Assembly (NCBI GenBank): GCA_051294375.1
Contig: CM119263.1
Coordinates: 15,230,532-15,294,531, forward strand
Direction: 5' to 3'
DNA length: 64,000 bases
DNA from: Paraspadella gotoi
Taxonomy: Eukaryota; Animalia; Chaetognatha
Positions 13,427 to 27,438 of this stretch are shown piece by piece (position 1 is the first letter of the stretch; each line of letters opens with the position of its first letter). The translations under genes and the position numbers were made by a program. Below the pieces are notes generated by a model. The model was not told the DNA's origin and made no database searches. It saw nothing but the letters and a program-made list of their open reading frames with translations.

Positions 13427-15823
13427 AAGTTTTTTTTGAAGAGTTTCGACATTTGGACGTTTGCCGTATTTGGTCTGGTTGCGGAAGCAAGATTCCGGAA
13501 GAATGGTTTCTCGACGGGGATAGTGACTGCTCCGCTCCGAGTCAGTCACCTCATTCTTTGACTTTGATCAGCGAAACAAAAGAAACGGGTCCAGACAAAC
13601 AGGCAACGAAACGAGTTCAGACAAAAGGGCATCGGTGCATTGTGGGACGGGTGAGGGGGGGGTGCGAGACCGACACGATTTTCCTCGGAATTTCCTCGGA
13701 AATTTTCGCTCCAATTCCTCACTAATCTTGATACGAATCTTGAAAGAAAAACTGGCCTCTATACCGACGCCTCGAACCCGAGACTTTTCTGACAAGCTTC
13801 ATTGACTTCAAATTCTACCAAAATACTAAAACCGATGCTCATAGATCAGTCTAATCTCCTCTCGTTTAAAAAAATATTTTTTAAAAAAGAAACAATTTTA
13901 AAGAATCGAAATCGAAATCCCGAGGAAATAATTTTTTTTTTTTCATTAACGAAAACCAAACGCTTTGAATCTAAAGAGGAGAAAATTCTCTCGGGGACTC
14001 GAATCCACAGAAGGGATTCGAATTCGCGTCCGTTTTAGGTTTTTCTCCTTGCGCCCGGTGCCGACCCTACTCTACTTTGCAAGGGCACTCTCGGGGAGCT
14101 GACGTCAAGGACGATTCTTGGAAGAAAGCAAGGTACTGCACAATAGTTGGCAAATGTTGCGAGAATTCGTTATTATTTTCTCTCTACTACTCAACTAATT
14201 TAACTTTTGCCGCAGCTGCTGCTTCGTGAAACGAGGAGAACCTTTTGCAACCGTAAATCTTTTCACCCACGCTCCTACTATTGCAAGTTTGTTTCCAACT
14301 AACTGCTCTTTGCGTTGGTGTTGATCGAAGAGGCGTTCGAAGACTAACGCGCGTTAATCTCGAAAGTAATGGCGCCGAATAAAAAAAAGGATAAAAATAG
14401 TGAACTGTTCCCATTAAACTTATCTTTTACACCTTTCAAACTTTTCACAATTGGCATCCATGAACTTTACCCACGTCGTTTCCCACTTTTCTACACTTCC
14501 CAAGTTCCCATCGCCCGAGCTTCAACTTTTCCAGTTTATGACGACGAAAAAAAATATTCAGAAAAAAATTATTCCGCAATTTTGGCGGCGAGCTTTTCCG
14601 TGACGAGATTTGAAATGAGGAATGGGTAAATGGTAAGGTGCGGATGTGTACCGTGGTTGGTCGGAATGGGGCTTGTGGCGGCTTCAGGTGTTATAATGTA
14701 TGGATGAGTTTTAAACGCGTTGAAGATTCTGCACAAATTTAAATTTTGAAAACGAGCAAGATGGCGCAACGAGTTTGGTAGGCGGCATTGGTAGGACTGG
14801 GAGGCATTGTGTTCGGGAAAATTGAACCACGTATGTTGGTGAACTACGCAAGTTGGCCGAAACGAATAAATATAGGTCTGGTTGGAGTTGTTTAGATTTC
14901 AGTCAACTATTGAAGGGTTTAAAAATGCTACTATACTTCGAGTTCGTCTGAGTCATTGAGTCCTGGTTTGGTTCACAGTTTAAATCTTAGGCGTGGTTTT
15001 AAACAGGTTTTAAACAGTTTTAAACATTTAAAAAGAAAATGAAGACACATTGGGTTTTGTCGATTAAATTCGACTCCATCATCGTCAAGCAGAAAGGGGA
15101 AGCGACTGAAAGGGAAAGAATAATAAGAAAACGTGAAAAAACTTGATGGAATGAAAAGTAATGGATCGAATGGAGACGGGTGAGACTTGTTTCGTTGTGT
15201 TTTGAGCTCGATTCTAAAGTAAAAGTTTGTTTACTTTTCTGTTATTTTAAATGTAATATGAATACAGTATAGAAAAAAACCTCTTTCAAAAGGAAAAATG
15301 TTTAATTAAAAGTAACAATTAAAATCGACCTATTCTTGTGATTTTTTTTCTTTTTTCCCTGTCTTTTTCAGCCAGTCCGCTATCGCTTGTCCCTCCTCCC
15401 GGCAAAGAAAAATCACAATAAAACTTTATTGAATTAAGTCGGAGAATTGAAAAACTTTTTCTCCTTCCTACATTTTTTTTCTTTTTTTTTTTAATGAAAA
15501 CGCGTTAATTGTCGGTAGATCCCTTTGGCGGGACTCAGACTTTAGAGGGATTTTCTCGGATGAAAGTCGCCGTTAATGGAGACAGCGAGAGAGAGAGAGA
15601 GAGAGAGAAAAAAAAGCACCATCAGCGTCGCGGGCGCTTTTCTGCGGCGCCAGAAGTGCCTGAAGTCGGGATTGGCCAATTGCGTGTCCAAGAGCGCGAG
15701 CGAAGATAACGAAGCGTGCGTTTTGTTCTTGAGTCGCCTCTGAACCCGACGTCAGAAATTCCCCTATTTACCAATTGTCGAACAATATTAACTGCGCCAA
15801 GAAAAAATACTAACTTCATCAGC

Positions 15824-15998
15824 GGCCATTGGTGCAGGAGGCAAGTCATTCGCCTCCCAACCAAAACGTCCCAGGTTCCAACCCGGTGGTCGCCAAGAAT
15901 TTAAGATGGACGGGCCGATTAACCCGCCTGTAACACGATGTTACAGCCTGATCCGAAGCTCGGGGACTTCTTATGTTGAACGGTTCTGTCACTAACAA
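15824..15998 (+). mobile_element. tRNA-derived SINE, copy 1
   Basis: Close match to 58262-58430. The head GGCCATTGGTGCAGGAGGCAAGTCATTCGCCTCCCAACC...GGTTCCAACCC has A-box-like and B-box-like motifs and a tRNA-Gly(CCC)-like anticodon arm, followed by a non-tRNA body with a TGTAACA-n-TGTTACA palindrome. Confidence 0.8.
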
Positions 15999-17432
15999 TT
16001 ATTACCGCCTCTTCACACGGAAATATTGATAATAACACTAAAAATATATACTACATCGTATTCACGGTAACGACATTCTATTTTCTGAGTATCGAACTAT
16101 TAGCGGGCTCCTCAAACCAACTCCCTCCCTTCGAATCTTTTGTGCCGAAACGTGAAAAGGAGGAGATGAAGTCGTCGGTTTTACGAGGACATCGAAGATT
16201 ATGGGAAGAAGGAAGCGAAGAGGAAGGATTTACAGGGTCAGCGAAGAGAAGACTCATTTTCTAAGGGAATTTTTGAGGAAGAATTTACATAGTTTTTCAA
16301 GTGTGCATAAATAAACTTACGGTTTTGCGGTTGTTAAAATCAAACTTTATGGGGACAGTTACAAAAAAAATCAATAAAATAATGAGTGGTCTTTTCATAC
16401 AATTGAAACATTCTTTGAAATATTGTATTCTGGGAGTGAAAAAATGAGACTGTGAGAGAGTCTTGATTGAAAGCTTGCGGGGACCTGCTATGTCATTATT
16501 TTGTAAGAGTGATGGAGGCCTTAAACCACCAAAGCCTGTCCAAAGGGGAAAGATAGCTTATTTATTAAATGAATGGATAATTTTATACTGTTTTTTTTTT
16601 CTGAAAAGAAAACAGAGCAAACAAATAATTGCGGGAATGGTTGCAGAAATATCTTATGTCAACAATAAACGTGAACAAAAAAGGAAAATAAAAAAGACTA
16701 AGTCAAGCAACAATTTCATAAAAATGGGAAAGAATTTCAACCCATGCATAAAAATGGCCATAAATATTATTTAATTAAGAATTTAATTTATAATGGACCA
16801 CGAAAGCTATCTTCAGAAAGCTTGCGTCAACAAGATCATCATTGTTGAATTGGCAACGAAAAAAAAAACATAAGAAGTATCAAGATAATCTAATCCTGGA
16901 CGACAAGTTTTATGGCGCAAATTATTATGACGGGGATGGAAGCATCGTGACGATGCGTCGGAGTAATGACACGATTATGACAAAAATATTATCTTCAGAA
17001 AAATATTTGTATTTTTTTTTCATCTCACCTTCTCGTCGGTTCGTGGGTCCCGCTGTCTTGTGAAAAAAAAACAGTAACATAAGCCTCTACGGCAGCGTTA
17101 CAATTGTTGGAAGCGTCCAGCGAGGAATTAGCCGCCGCGGCAGCAATGAGATCTCCGGAGCAAACGGCAACTCTCAATAAATACAGCACCATCTACAGCT
17201 GCGGCAATGACGTAAGTGGGAAAGAGAAGGGGAGAAGGCGACGACACACGACGCTAGAAATGGAGGTTGGCGGGAGCGATGGTTGCGCCATCGGTGGATT
17301 TGTGGAAAAACAATATATGGTCTCTGCACTCGACGTCTGACATCCCGTTGACGGTTTTGATCGCTCGAAGCAAATTTATCTCCTCCCTTTCCATTGATAG
17401 AGAGAAGAGGATGGAATAAAAGGGGGGTGACG

Positions 17433-17532
<100 letters not shown>

Positions 17533-18092
17533 CTGAGGTAGACAGCAGATGGAACTCGGTGAACGAGATAATAACAAGGAGAGAAAGAGGAAGAAGACTA
17601 AAGGTGCCAAAAGGCTTGAGCATTGTTTCCAGGTACGATAAATTAATAGATAATTGTAAAGATTTGCCTGTTAATCTATCAGTGGTTTAGACTTCGGTTG
17701 AAAAAGTTTGTTTTTTTTTCAAAAAAATCAAATGGCAGTTTTTTCTATCACCAAAAATGGCCTCTTCTTTGCTCTTTCCTGAGACCGAGTGCCGAGGTAG
17801 CGATAAATTCTAGTTGTTATTTCGACGCTACGTCCCATTCCATTCAGAGATTAAATTTCAACAACGATTTTTTGTTACCGCAGAAATGTTAGCTCTTTAT
17901 TAAGTCAACTTTTCAACTTTTTCTTATTTGGCCACTTGTTAATATTTTAAATGCATTGGCCGAAATTCTAATGTTGAAATTTCAATTTATACATCGTGTA
18001 ACAAGCATACGATGGATTTTGTTCGCAGACCCCATCTCTGTCGCTTTTAGTGTTATTGAAAGCGTGCGGTACTGCAGTATTGATTTAATGCC

Positions 18093-18204
<112 letters not shown>

Positions 18205-18754
18205 TTTTTACGCGTAAAGCCATTTTTTTTCTCCAAAAAATTTTCGGCGTCCAATATTGACTCAAGAATCGGTGCAGCTGACGCGGGGATTCAAATACAA
18301 GTTGACAAGATGGAACTCGGATGTTGTTCTCTATTGCAGGTAGATATCAGAAATTCTGTTGGCATAGGTCAGGAGAATGTATATATCTTAATCTCCATTT
18401 CAGTTAACAACCGTTTCAAGATAAGTAATTGTTTTATCGGTAAAACCGCAAAGGTTATTGCATATTGGAGCAAATGTTCCATAATTGATTTCATTTTGTC
18501 TCACAATTATCTCGTTTCCTCGTTAAGGAAAATCGATATCCTCGTACCTCAGTAAGGAAATGAAAACCTTCGAATAGCATTTTATGTTTGTTTTCAATTT
18601 ATATTCCTTAATTGTTTTTCCGACGAAGAAAAAAAAACAATAAAGAAAAATTCGTCTCTCGGGGAGTGCTCTCTCATCTCCTCGGCTCCTCGTCGTTCAT
18701 CTTCTCTGCTCTCTGCCTCCACCGCGCTTCTTCTCCGAGCGATCTCCGTTCATC

Positions 18755-18788
<34 letters not shown>

Positions 18789-18895
18789 GTCTCTAATCTC
18801 TCTCTCGATTTGCTTCGCTTAATTCAAAAATCTATTCAATGATCAAAGAAACGATTACATTCATAACGTTCAGATCAAACATTTTATGAAGCATT

Positions 18896-18958
<63 letters not shown>

Positions 18959-19637
18959 GAGAGAAGTAGAGAGGAGAGAGAGAAGAGAGAGAGAAGAGCA
19001 AGAGAGAAAAGAAGAACAGAAAGAGACGCGCTTGTGCTGGAAACGCATCAAAATCATTTTACTCCCGGGATTCTTAGGCGAGCAAAGACCGGTACCATAG
19101 TTTCTCACCCATGAGCGCAGAGTGAATTTGTGCGTGTGAATAATTTGCACGCAAGAGACATCGTAAAGAGCCAGCAGAGGGTCGCTGAGGGACCCAGAAA
19201 AAAAATGAATATTGGAAGTTAAGAGCGGGAAAAGAAGGGGAACACTCGGTGAAAGTGACGAGAGTGAAATTGTGAAAGTTGTATGATGAATGATGGATGA
19301 TTTAACGCGTCTCTCTTTTTTTCGATCGTTCGATTCGATTCTCGTTTTATTTATCGATTTTTTTCTTTGTTTCGATCTCATCGATATTAATCATCGTTTC
19401 CCCTTCGGCGTCGAGGGTTTTCCTTTCTTTCTTCTCCTCTTTCAACTCTCGTTAGAAAAACGAAGAAGGGATCGACGGATGGACGGATGGACGGATGGAC
19501 GGATCGATTTAATTTCAAATTCGAATTCCGCGCTCTCGATTCTTCGCTCTCAACTTTGATAAACTCGGCCGGTTTTGGGGGCCCTTGAGGTAAAGAATCA
19601 AACCCCGAGGAGTTTTCCTTTCTAAAATTCAATGAGG

Positions 19638-19724
<87 letters not shown>

Positions 19725-21912
19725 TTCAGAGTACAGGACCCAAAAGATTGTGGAGTAGAAACACAGTAGGAAAAAGCGAGGAAGAAGAAACTCAAAATAA
19801 GTGAAGCAATGAGAGAGAGAGCGACAGAGACAGAGACAAAGACAGAGACAGACAGAGACAGAGAGAGAGGGAGAGAACGACCCCCGAAGACATATAATTT
19901 TCGTTCCACTGAAACGTCGATGGCACGAAAAAAAAACCGCGCTCGTGACTCAAGGCCTTTGAAAAAAAAAATATTAGAGACAAAAAACTACCAAAAAAAA
20001 AACAACCAAAACCATCAATATAAAAAATATGCGAAAGAAAAATCCATAAGATATAAAATACTGATAGGGAAAACGCAAAAAAGAATACTGCTCAAAGGAA
20101 AAAAAGGCTATTCTGTTTACTACCCTGAACCTTATCGATAAAAATTTACTATGAATTTTTCAACAAATAACATTTTTAATTTTTAAATCAAAGAGAGAGA
20201 ATAAAAAAATTTACGCGCGCTCGGACCAGGCGAGAGAGAAATCGATCCAGTAAAAGAGGAAAGCGAAATAAAAAAAAATATGGGAAGATCTAATCTCTTT
20301 TTTATTCGAGCTCAAATCACGTCGTAACACGATTTTCACTGAAAATTAAACCCGATGTTCGATGATTCTGGGGGAAAAAAAATTTTTTTAACGATTCGCG
20401 CGCCAGAATAGCGAAAGCCTTGTGAAATTCGAAAATCGAAAGGCTCGTTGAATTTTTAACGGCGATTAAAATCAACATGGAGAATCCCGAAAAAGGGGAT
20501 TGGTTCTGGAATCCGGAGGCGTGCAAGGCGAAAATTCAAAATACTTTTAAATATATTACATATTAAATGTTTCCGCAAAGAGTACAATTACAAAGCTCGT
20601 TTACATTTTCGTTTCCCCGCCGCGACTACTAATAACCTTATAAAACTTTAAAAGGGGTGGAGAGGGAACTCGCCGTTTCCAATGACCGATCGCGTCATTC
20701 GGCGACATCCGGGGGGGACGGGAAATCCAACCTCGGCCGGTTACATCCGCTTCTCGCTTTTCCCAGCCCTGGAACTCGATATATATTGCCGGAGATGAAT
20801 CAGCAGAAAGACTTCCTGCAAGGTGAAACACGCATAAACCATCCATTAGAAATGCCCCGCCGCCGTCGTTCGTTCCGCGCCGCATGTCGGAAAGGTTCCT
20901 CGTTCGCTCCCCGAACCCTCTCTTTTTATTTTCTTCGGAGGAAAATGTGAGTCATTCATCGCTGCCTCTTCGTTTCTCCTTATTCGGGAAATGAGACCAT
21001 CTCGATCCGATTTCCGTTCGACCAGCGTCGTTTTTACTAATGACGAAAGAAAAGGACAATCTCGTTCGCTTTCTTCCCCAACCGCTTTATCTGTCATTTC
21101 CATCCTACTACATTCCCCCTCTCACTGCCCTAAGTGCTCTCCCCAATTCCCTCGCCTTCTTCTCTTCCCTCTTCCCTTTGTCGCCAATTTTTTGGAAGGG
21201 GGGGTGCAAGGCGGGAAGAAAAGCAGGTCCGGAAATGTTCGCGAGTCCGGATTCAAGGTCCGCCATTTTGGATGGAAAACGGAAAGACGCTCTGAGGGCG
21301 ATTTTCTTTTTTTTTTCTTCCGATCGAAGGGCAGAACTGGAGGGGCGAATGAGGGGAAAGGTTCTTCGAGGTAAGGGGCGTTTGTTTGGCGAATCCGCGG
21401 TAAGCAGCGATTGTTCGATGAGCCACGGTAAGGAACGGGAGTTGAAAGAGAAACGGCTACGAGATGCCGTCAGCGTTGGGGTCAGGAATATGGCGAGGGG
21501 GTGACCACCTTAGGGGTTGGATTCGTCATCGAGAAAAGAATCGATCGAAAAACGCTGGAGGGACCCCGAAGGCTTAGTCGAGAGCCATAGAGCCGAAAGC
21601 GGCATGACTAATCTTGGGAAAGATTTGCGTTATTCGTCGTTTGGCAATATTTTAAAGATTTTTGATAACTCCTCTTGGCGCATGAAAGGCGAAATGAAAT
21701 TTGTATTTCTTTAAAACTGCAGTTTCTAAACAAAACTCCCGCCATCCCTCTCTCGTAATTATGTTCTTATTTCGTCTCCAAGATCGACGAGTCCATAATC
21801 GACGTCTCTTTCGCGTTTACAACTCAATTTCAGACACAAACGCCCCGATAACGGACGACATAAAATGCACAATGGCATAAACACTTCTCTCCATTTTCAT
21901 TCCTCGTCTCTC

Positions 21913-21943
<31 letters not shown>

Positions 21944-24119
21944 ACTCTCATCTCTCTCTCTCCTCTCTCTCTCTCTCGCTATCGTTTCTCACACATAAAG
22001 AACACTTTCGAAGAATTTATACTCGGTCCGTCGCCGCCCGAAAAAAAAAAGTGCTTACTGTCCCCATCTCTGTCGTTCCAACGCGACGCCGCTGCGGCCA
22101 CCGATGCGACCAAGCGTCGCCGCCACCGACGCCGGAACAGTTGGGCCCGTGATAACCATTCCACAGCCACCACATCCGTCGAACACGCCAATGCTGCAAC
22201 GCCGATGGCGTTCTGAAGGGTAAAACGGCTTTGGTCTCCACCGCCACAACGAACTCCGAAGCTGCGGCCGCCGCCGCTGCCGACGCCGATGAAATTTACG
22301 AGGTGAAAGGAGGAAAAACATTCGCCACTTGAAAATATCGTTTCAGACGTTGGAAAACGTCTCCGAACGTTATGCGACAGTAAAAAGTTGGGGAATCGTG
22401 GAAAAGATCTGTTTTTATGCTTATGTTTCAAAACGAAAATATTCAATGCAACGACTTCGGAAAGGAAAGCGACTTTGTCAAACTGTTAAAAATTTTGAAA
22501 AACCAAAAGTTTAAAATTAAAGACTTAAACTAATAAAGAACAGATTCAATAAACCTTTTAATCCCACGGAAAAAGTGCCTTAATTTTATAAAAATATCCG
22601 AAAAATTGTTTTCTTGTTTAACCTAATCATAAAAAAAAACTTTTTTTTCCATTTTTCTTTTTTCCGTAACCCGTTAATTCGCACGCGTGACTTTAATGGG
22701 TCGCGTGCAGAATCTGTGTGCGACGCCGGGCGTGAAGATAGTCATCGTGGAAATCGAAATGGAGAGAAAGAGAAAGAGAGAGAGAGATAGAGAGAGGAAG
22801 AAAAAAATTCAATTTCCTTTTTATGACCCGCTGCGAAAAACGGGGCGAAGAAAAATCTGTCGAACGAACGAAAATCTTTGCCACTTTCACACGCCCCACT
22901 ACGATTTAGACTCACCTCTCTTTACCTCTCCCTCACATCATACCTTTCTCCCTTCTGAATTATCAAATTTGTACCAGAACGGCTGCACGACTCTTGCCAT
23001 TCAATCCTACTATTCTAAAGTCTCCCGCACGCTGATTTTCTTTACCTCCTTTCGAAATACAATCGATAAATCACAACCAGATTTCGAAGAGTGATTCAAT
23101 TCTCACACCAGCTTTTCCACACTCCCTTTCACCTTCGCTTCCCTCCTAATCCGCCCACGTAACAAGAAAATTGTCGCCCGAATAACCTGAGAAAATTATC
23201 TTTGCGTGAAGAATTTCTTTGACATATTTCCATTTTGTTTCCCTTCATTGTAATTTTAAATTTCTATTATTTAGCCAACAAAATTTAATCGGGCGAGCGA
23301 TTTTTTCGTAATCTCTCTTTATCGGGTAAAAGCGATTTCATCGATTTTATTGCATTTGGAGAGAAACCATTCGTCACTTCATTAAAACCTATTCACCCAT
23401 CACTCTCCCTTGCTATCGTTCTCGCTCTCTTTTTCTCTCTCTCTCTCTCTCCTCTTTGTCCGCCATTTTCCTTCGGTCAACTCACAGGATGGAGTTACTG
23501 TTTTGTTTGGGTCTCGATTAGTCTTTTTTTTTTTGCGACTGGGCGCCTCACAAGTGTGACAACGCCTAGCGGAGAAAGGTGGCACAATTCCATCAAGCTC
23601 CGAATTTTCCCACAGACGGCGAAAAATGTTGCTCTTGTAGGGACGCCGCAAGTTCAATGATATCCCAATTTAGATTAGGGCGACTGACTGATCTGAATAA
23701 TTTATTTAAGCCTGACTATATCTCGAAATCTTAAATCTTAATATCTTAAAATCTTAAAAGACCCTCGTGAACTTCCCACGGCAATGGGACTCGTGTTCGG
23801 ACTTAGGACACGCAAGAGACGAGGTCGAGCGTCCTATCGTCTCTGTGGTGGTCCCCGTCGGTCGTACGTCGTCGTCGTCGTCATCGTCGCTTTCTTTCTG
23901 TTCTCTAGTTTCCCATTATGACGCACCAACGTCTGTCAGTGACGCGGGCAGAATGCGAGTCAATGAGCGGATTTTCGTGTGCGCGTGTTTGCACTTTGTA
24001 TCTGTACGTGGTACGCGCGAATGTGGGGAGAATGAGAGAAAGCGAAGAGAGAACGGCGAAAGCGAAGAAAGCAGAGGCCATAAACGCTTAACAACAAAGG
24101 CGACCCCCGAACAATATTT

Positions 24120-24190
<71 letters not shown>

Positions 24191-24565
24191 ATCTCTCCTC
24201 TACTTCTCTCATACAACTTTCAGTGTCAAGGGGCTATTTCTGAACGATGACGAGGCGACTTAGCCGGAAGAAATCATTGTCGCTCTCGGTGTCTCCTTCC
24301 GTCCGTCCGTCCGTCCGTCCGTCCGTCCCACCGTCGCTCCTTCTACTCCCTCTGTCTCTCGCTCACTCCCACGCCTTTTCTCCCTATGCAAAGTGGCCCG
24401 CGGCGAAGGCGTAGATTGCGACGTCTCACGGTTGTCACCGTCACGCGTCCTCTCCCTGTCGTCATAGAAACCGGTCTCCTCCGAGGCGCGTCGCTTCGAC
24501 GACGTCGAAGCCGTTGCAACCTTCTCCGTTTTCATTTAGTTATACCCCTTCTCAGATCAGATGAA

Positions 24566-24771
24566 NNNNNNNNNNNNNNNNNNNNNNNNNNNNNNNNNNN
24601 NNNNNNNNNNNNNNNNNNNNNNNNNNNNNNNNNNNNNNNNNNNNNNNNNNNNNNNNNNNNNNNNNNNNNNNNNNNNNNNNNNNNNNNNNNNNNNNNNNNN
24701 NNNNNNNNNNNNNNNNNNNNNNNNNNNNNNNNNNNNNNNNNNNNNNNNNNNNNNNNNNNNNNNNNNNNNNN
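24566..24771. other. assembly gap (N run)
   Basis: Run of N. Confidence 0.99.
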
Positions 24772-24956
24772 TCTCCTTTTTTTTTGAAGAAAAAACATTG
24801 ACAACTAAAATTGACTTGGTGATCGTCGGAACGAGTTGTTTGCTTTCACGACGACCGCAGATGACGAGTAAGACTTTACAACCACAACAACAACGAACAC
24901 GACGACGACGACGACCAGGTGGCTAGTCTTTGGTGGCTTTCGCGCGAATCTCGAGG

Positions 24957-24957
24957 A

Positions 24958-25022
<65 letters not shown>
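24957..25022 (+). repeat. (GAC)n microsatellite
   Basis: Perfect run; shorter ones near 30173-30203 and 35251-35273. Confidence 0.95.
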
Positions 25023-25683
25023 TCGAAAACGTGAGAGGGAGAAGATAAACTCGTCACAACAACGACGATCACGTCAAAACAATGGATAAAAAAAGGTTGC
25101 TCGAGTTGAGCCGAATTCGGCCTTCATCCCCACTCCTCCTCTTTGTGAAACGAAGTACATCTCTTTCCTTTTAATGCGTTTTGTACTTTGATATGTACTC
25201 GACTTTCTTAGGAACTAAATTAAAAAAAAACTTCAAAAGGCTATTTTAGAGCGTACTCAATTTAAAATAAATTCAACGCATATTATGCGTCGCATAATCA
25301 GTATCAAAACAAATCCGTTGCTCCTCGTTCTAAAAGGGAAAAGGACGGGACAGCTTTGTTGGACGGGACGATTCGTCGGCATTTGGCCAAAAGTACCCGG
25401 CTACATTCGCCAAACTTTTCCCTCCCGACCGATGTTAAAAAAAAAACCGCAACGTCCCTCCGCCTTGCCCATCGACTTTGCCCGGAGGCTCTCCGTCCTC
25501 CCGTCCTCCCGACACTCCCCTTGACCTTGCCCCTCATCACTAGACTACTTCCCCCTTATCATGCAAAAACTAATCTTTGATCTTTTGTTTTTGTTGGAGA
25601 GAGAAAAACAAGACAGCTTTCCCTCGAAGACGCAGCGAGATTTTTAAATGAACTTTTTCTCTTTCATTTCCTGCCCCGATCCT

Positions 25684-25775
<92 letters not shown>

Positions 25776-27348
25776 TCCTGAGGAGAAACCGAGGAATTAC
25801 TTTATTATTCCCTTTCTCATTTTTTAAAAAAAATGTTCTCTCTATTCTGTCTTGTTTGTCTTGAAATAAGAGCAGAGAGAGAGAGAGAAAGACCCTCTGT
25901 TTATTCATTGACCAAGGTCCCGTCGTCGTTTAGGTTTCGCATAGACCAAACCGCTGTTTTTAATTTTTTTTTTTTTTTAAATAAAGACTCAGACTATCTC
26001 CATTCTACATCTAAATCCATATCCTAGTTGTTATATAATTTTTAATTTATGGGAAATTTCTCACTCTCTCTTCCACTTCATCATTCTCAGCCCGGATTGA
26101 GCTTGGACGATCGCTTCTCTCTTGTCGCAGATAAACACTGACGACTTTTTTTATCGGTCGTTGTTTACATTTTTTTTTCTCTGGCGTCGGCGTCAACTCG
26201 ATGTGAGCGGAGTCGTCGTCGACGTCGATCCTTTGCGTCGGCGCAAATTGTCCGTCAGTGGTTATTAAACGACTTTTGACAAATGCGTCTCTTTGTGCCC
26301 CGAAGCCAGAGCTACCGCTCCCGAGCCGAAGTGACCGAATTGGCCGGGGTTCTCTCGGTCGTCCGACCACGATTTCTTTTCCCCTTCTTTCCGCGAATTC
26401 CGGCAGACGAAAAATTTCCTTTCTTTATGACCCCGAAGGAACGCCGGGTCTCAACCACCGCCCACGTTTTTCCGCCTCTCACGGAGGGTGAAGCGAACCC
26501 CTCGGAACTGGTCACCCCTTTTTCCACTCGGCCGGAGCGATTTCATCACTCCACAGTCCACGGGCCACACCCACCGACCTCTTCGTCCCCCCCTTACCAC
26601 CCTCTCCCATCTCCACGCCCGCAGTTAGACGCCCCGAAATGTGGCGACTCATTTCGAAGGCGTTCCCACGCACGTGCGCCTCCGATTCAATGTTCATTGT
26701 CCAGCGAGCGCCGTGCGATGGCGCGCGGGGGCGGGCAATACGGGATGAAGCGGGCATGCTGAGTGGTAAATGGTATTTCAACGGGCATGGTGAAAATGGG
26801 CATGTCTTTCCTGGTTTTTGTTATAGTATGCTTTCAGTTAATTGCAATGAATATATTCATAATTTCCCCGCGCTAATTTTAACTTGCAAATGCCGTTTCG
26901 ATTCCCAGTGCTTTCCTACCCTTTTCATACATAATCCCATACCATTCAATAGCTGTTCCTCCATGGGTATTCCTGATCATACCCCTCGAGGCCTCGTGAA
27001 TTTCTGGGACATTCCCGTGCATTCCTAACGCCGTTCCGTCTAGTCCTCTCCCGCTCCACCCCTTGCGGGACATTGACCGACGCCTGGGTCCGTCGACGAC
27101 CCCGACCGACCGACCAACGCTCCGTTCCAAGGCCGGGCGAGACTCGATTTGAATTTATGGCGTTTTAATGTCCAGCGCGCGACTGTCCCACGGCTTCTGG
27201 CGTAACGACGCCAGAGACGACGACGACAAAGACGATGACGAAGACGACGTGGACCAAAACGCGATCTGCAACGGCAACCAACGCGAAACTAATAGGCAAA
27301 CACACGCATCATAAGTAATGCAATGTTGGCCGCCTTCGTCGAAAATAC

Positions 27349-27438
<90 letters not shown>

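Noticed and set aside
15824-15895. tRNA-Gly gene
   Set aside because: No proper acceptor stem or cloverleaf, and it continues into a body shared with a second copy, indicating a SINE head.
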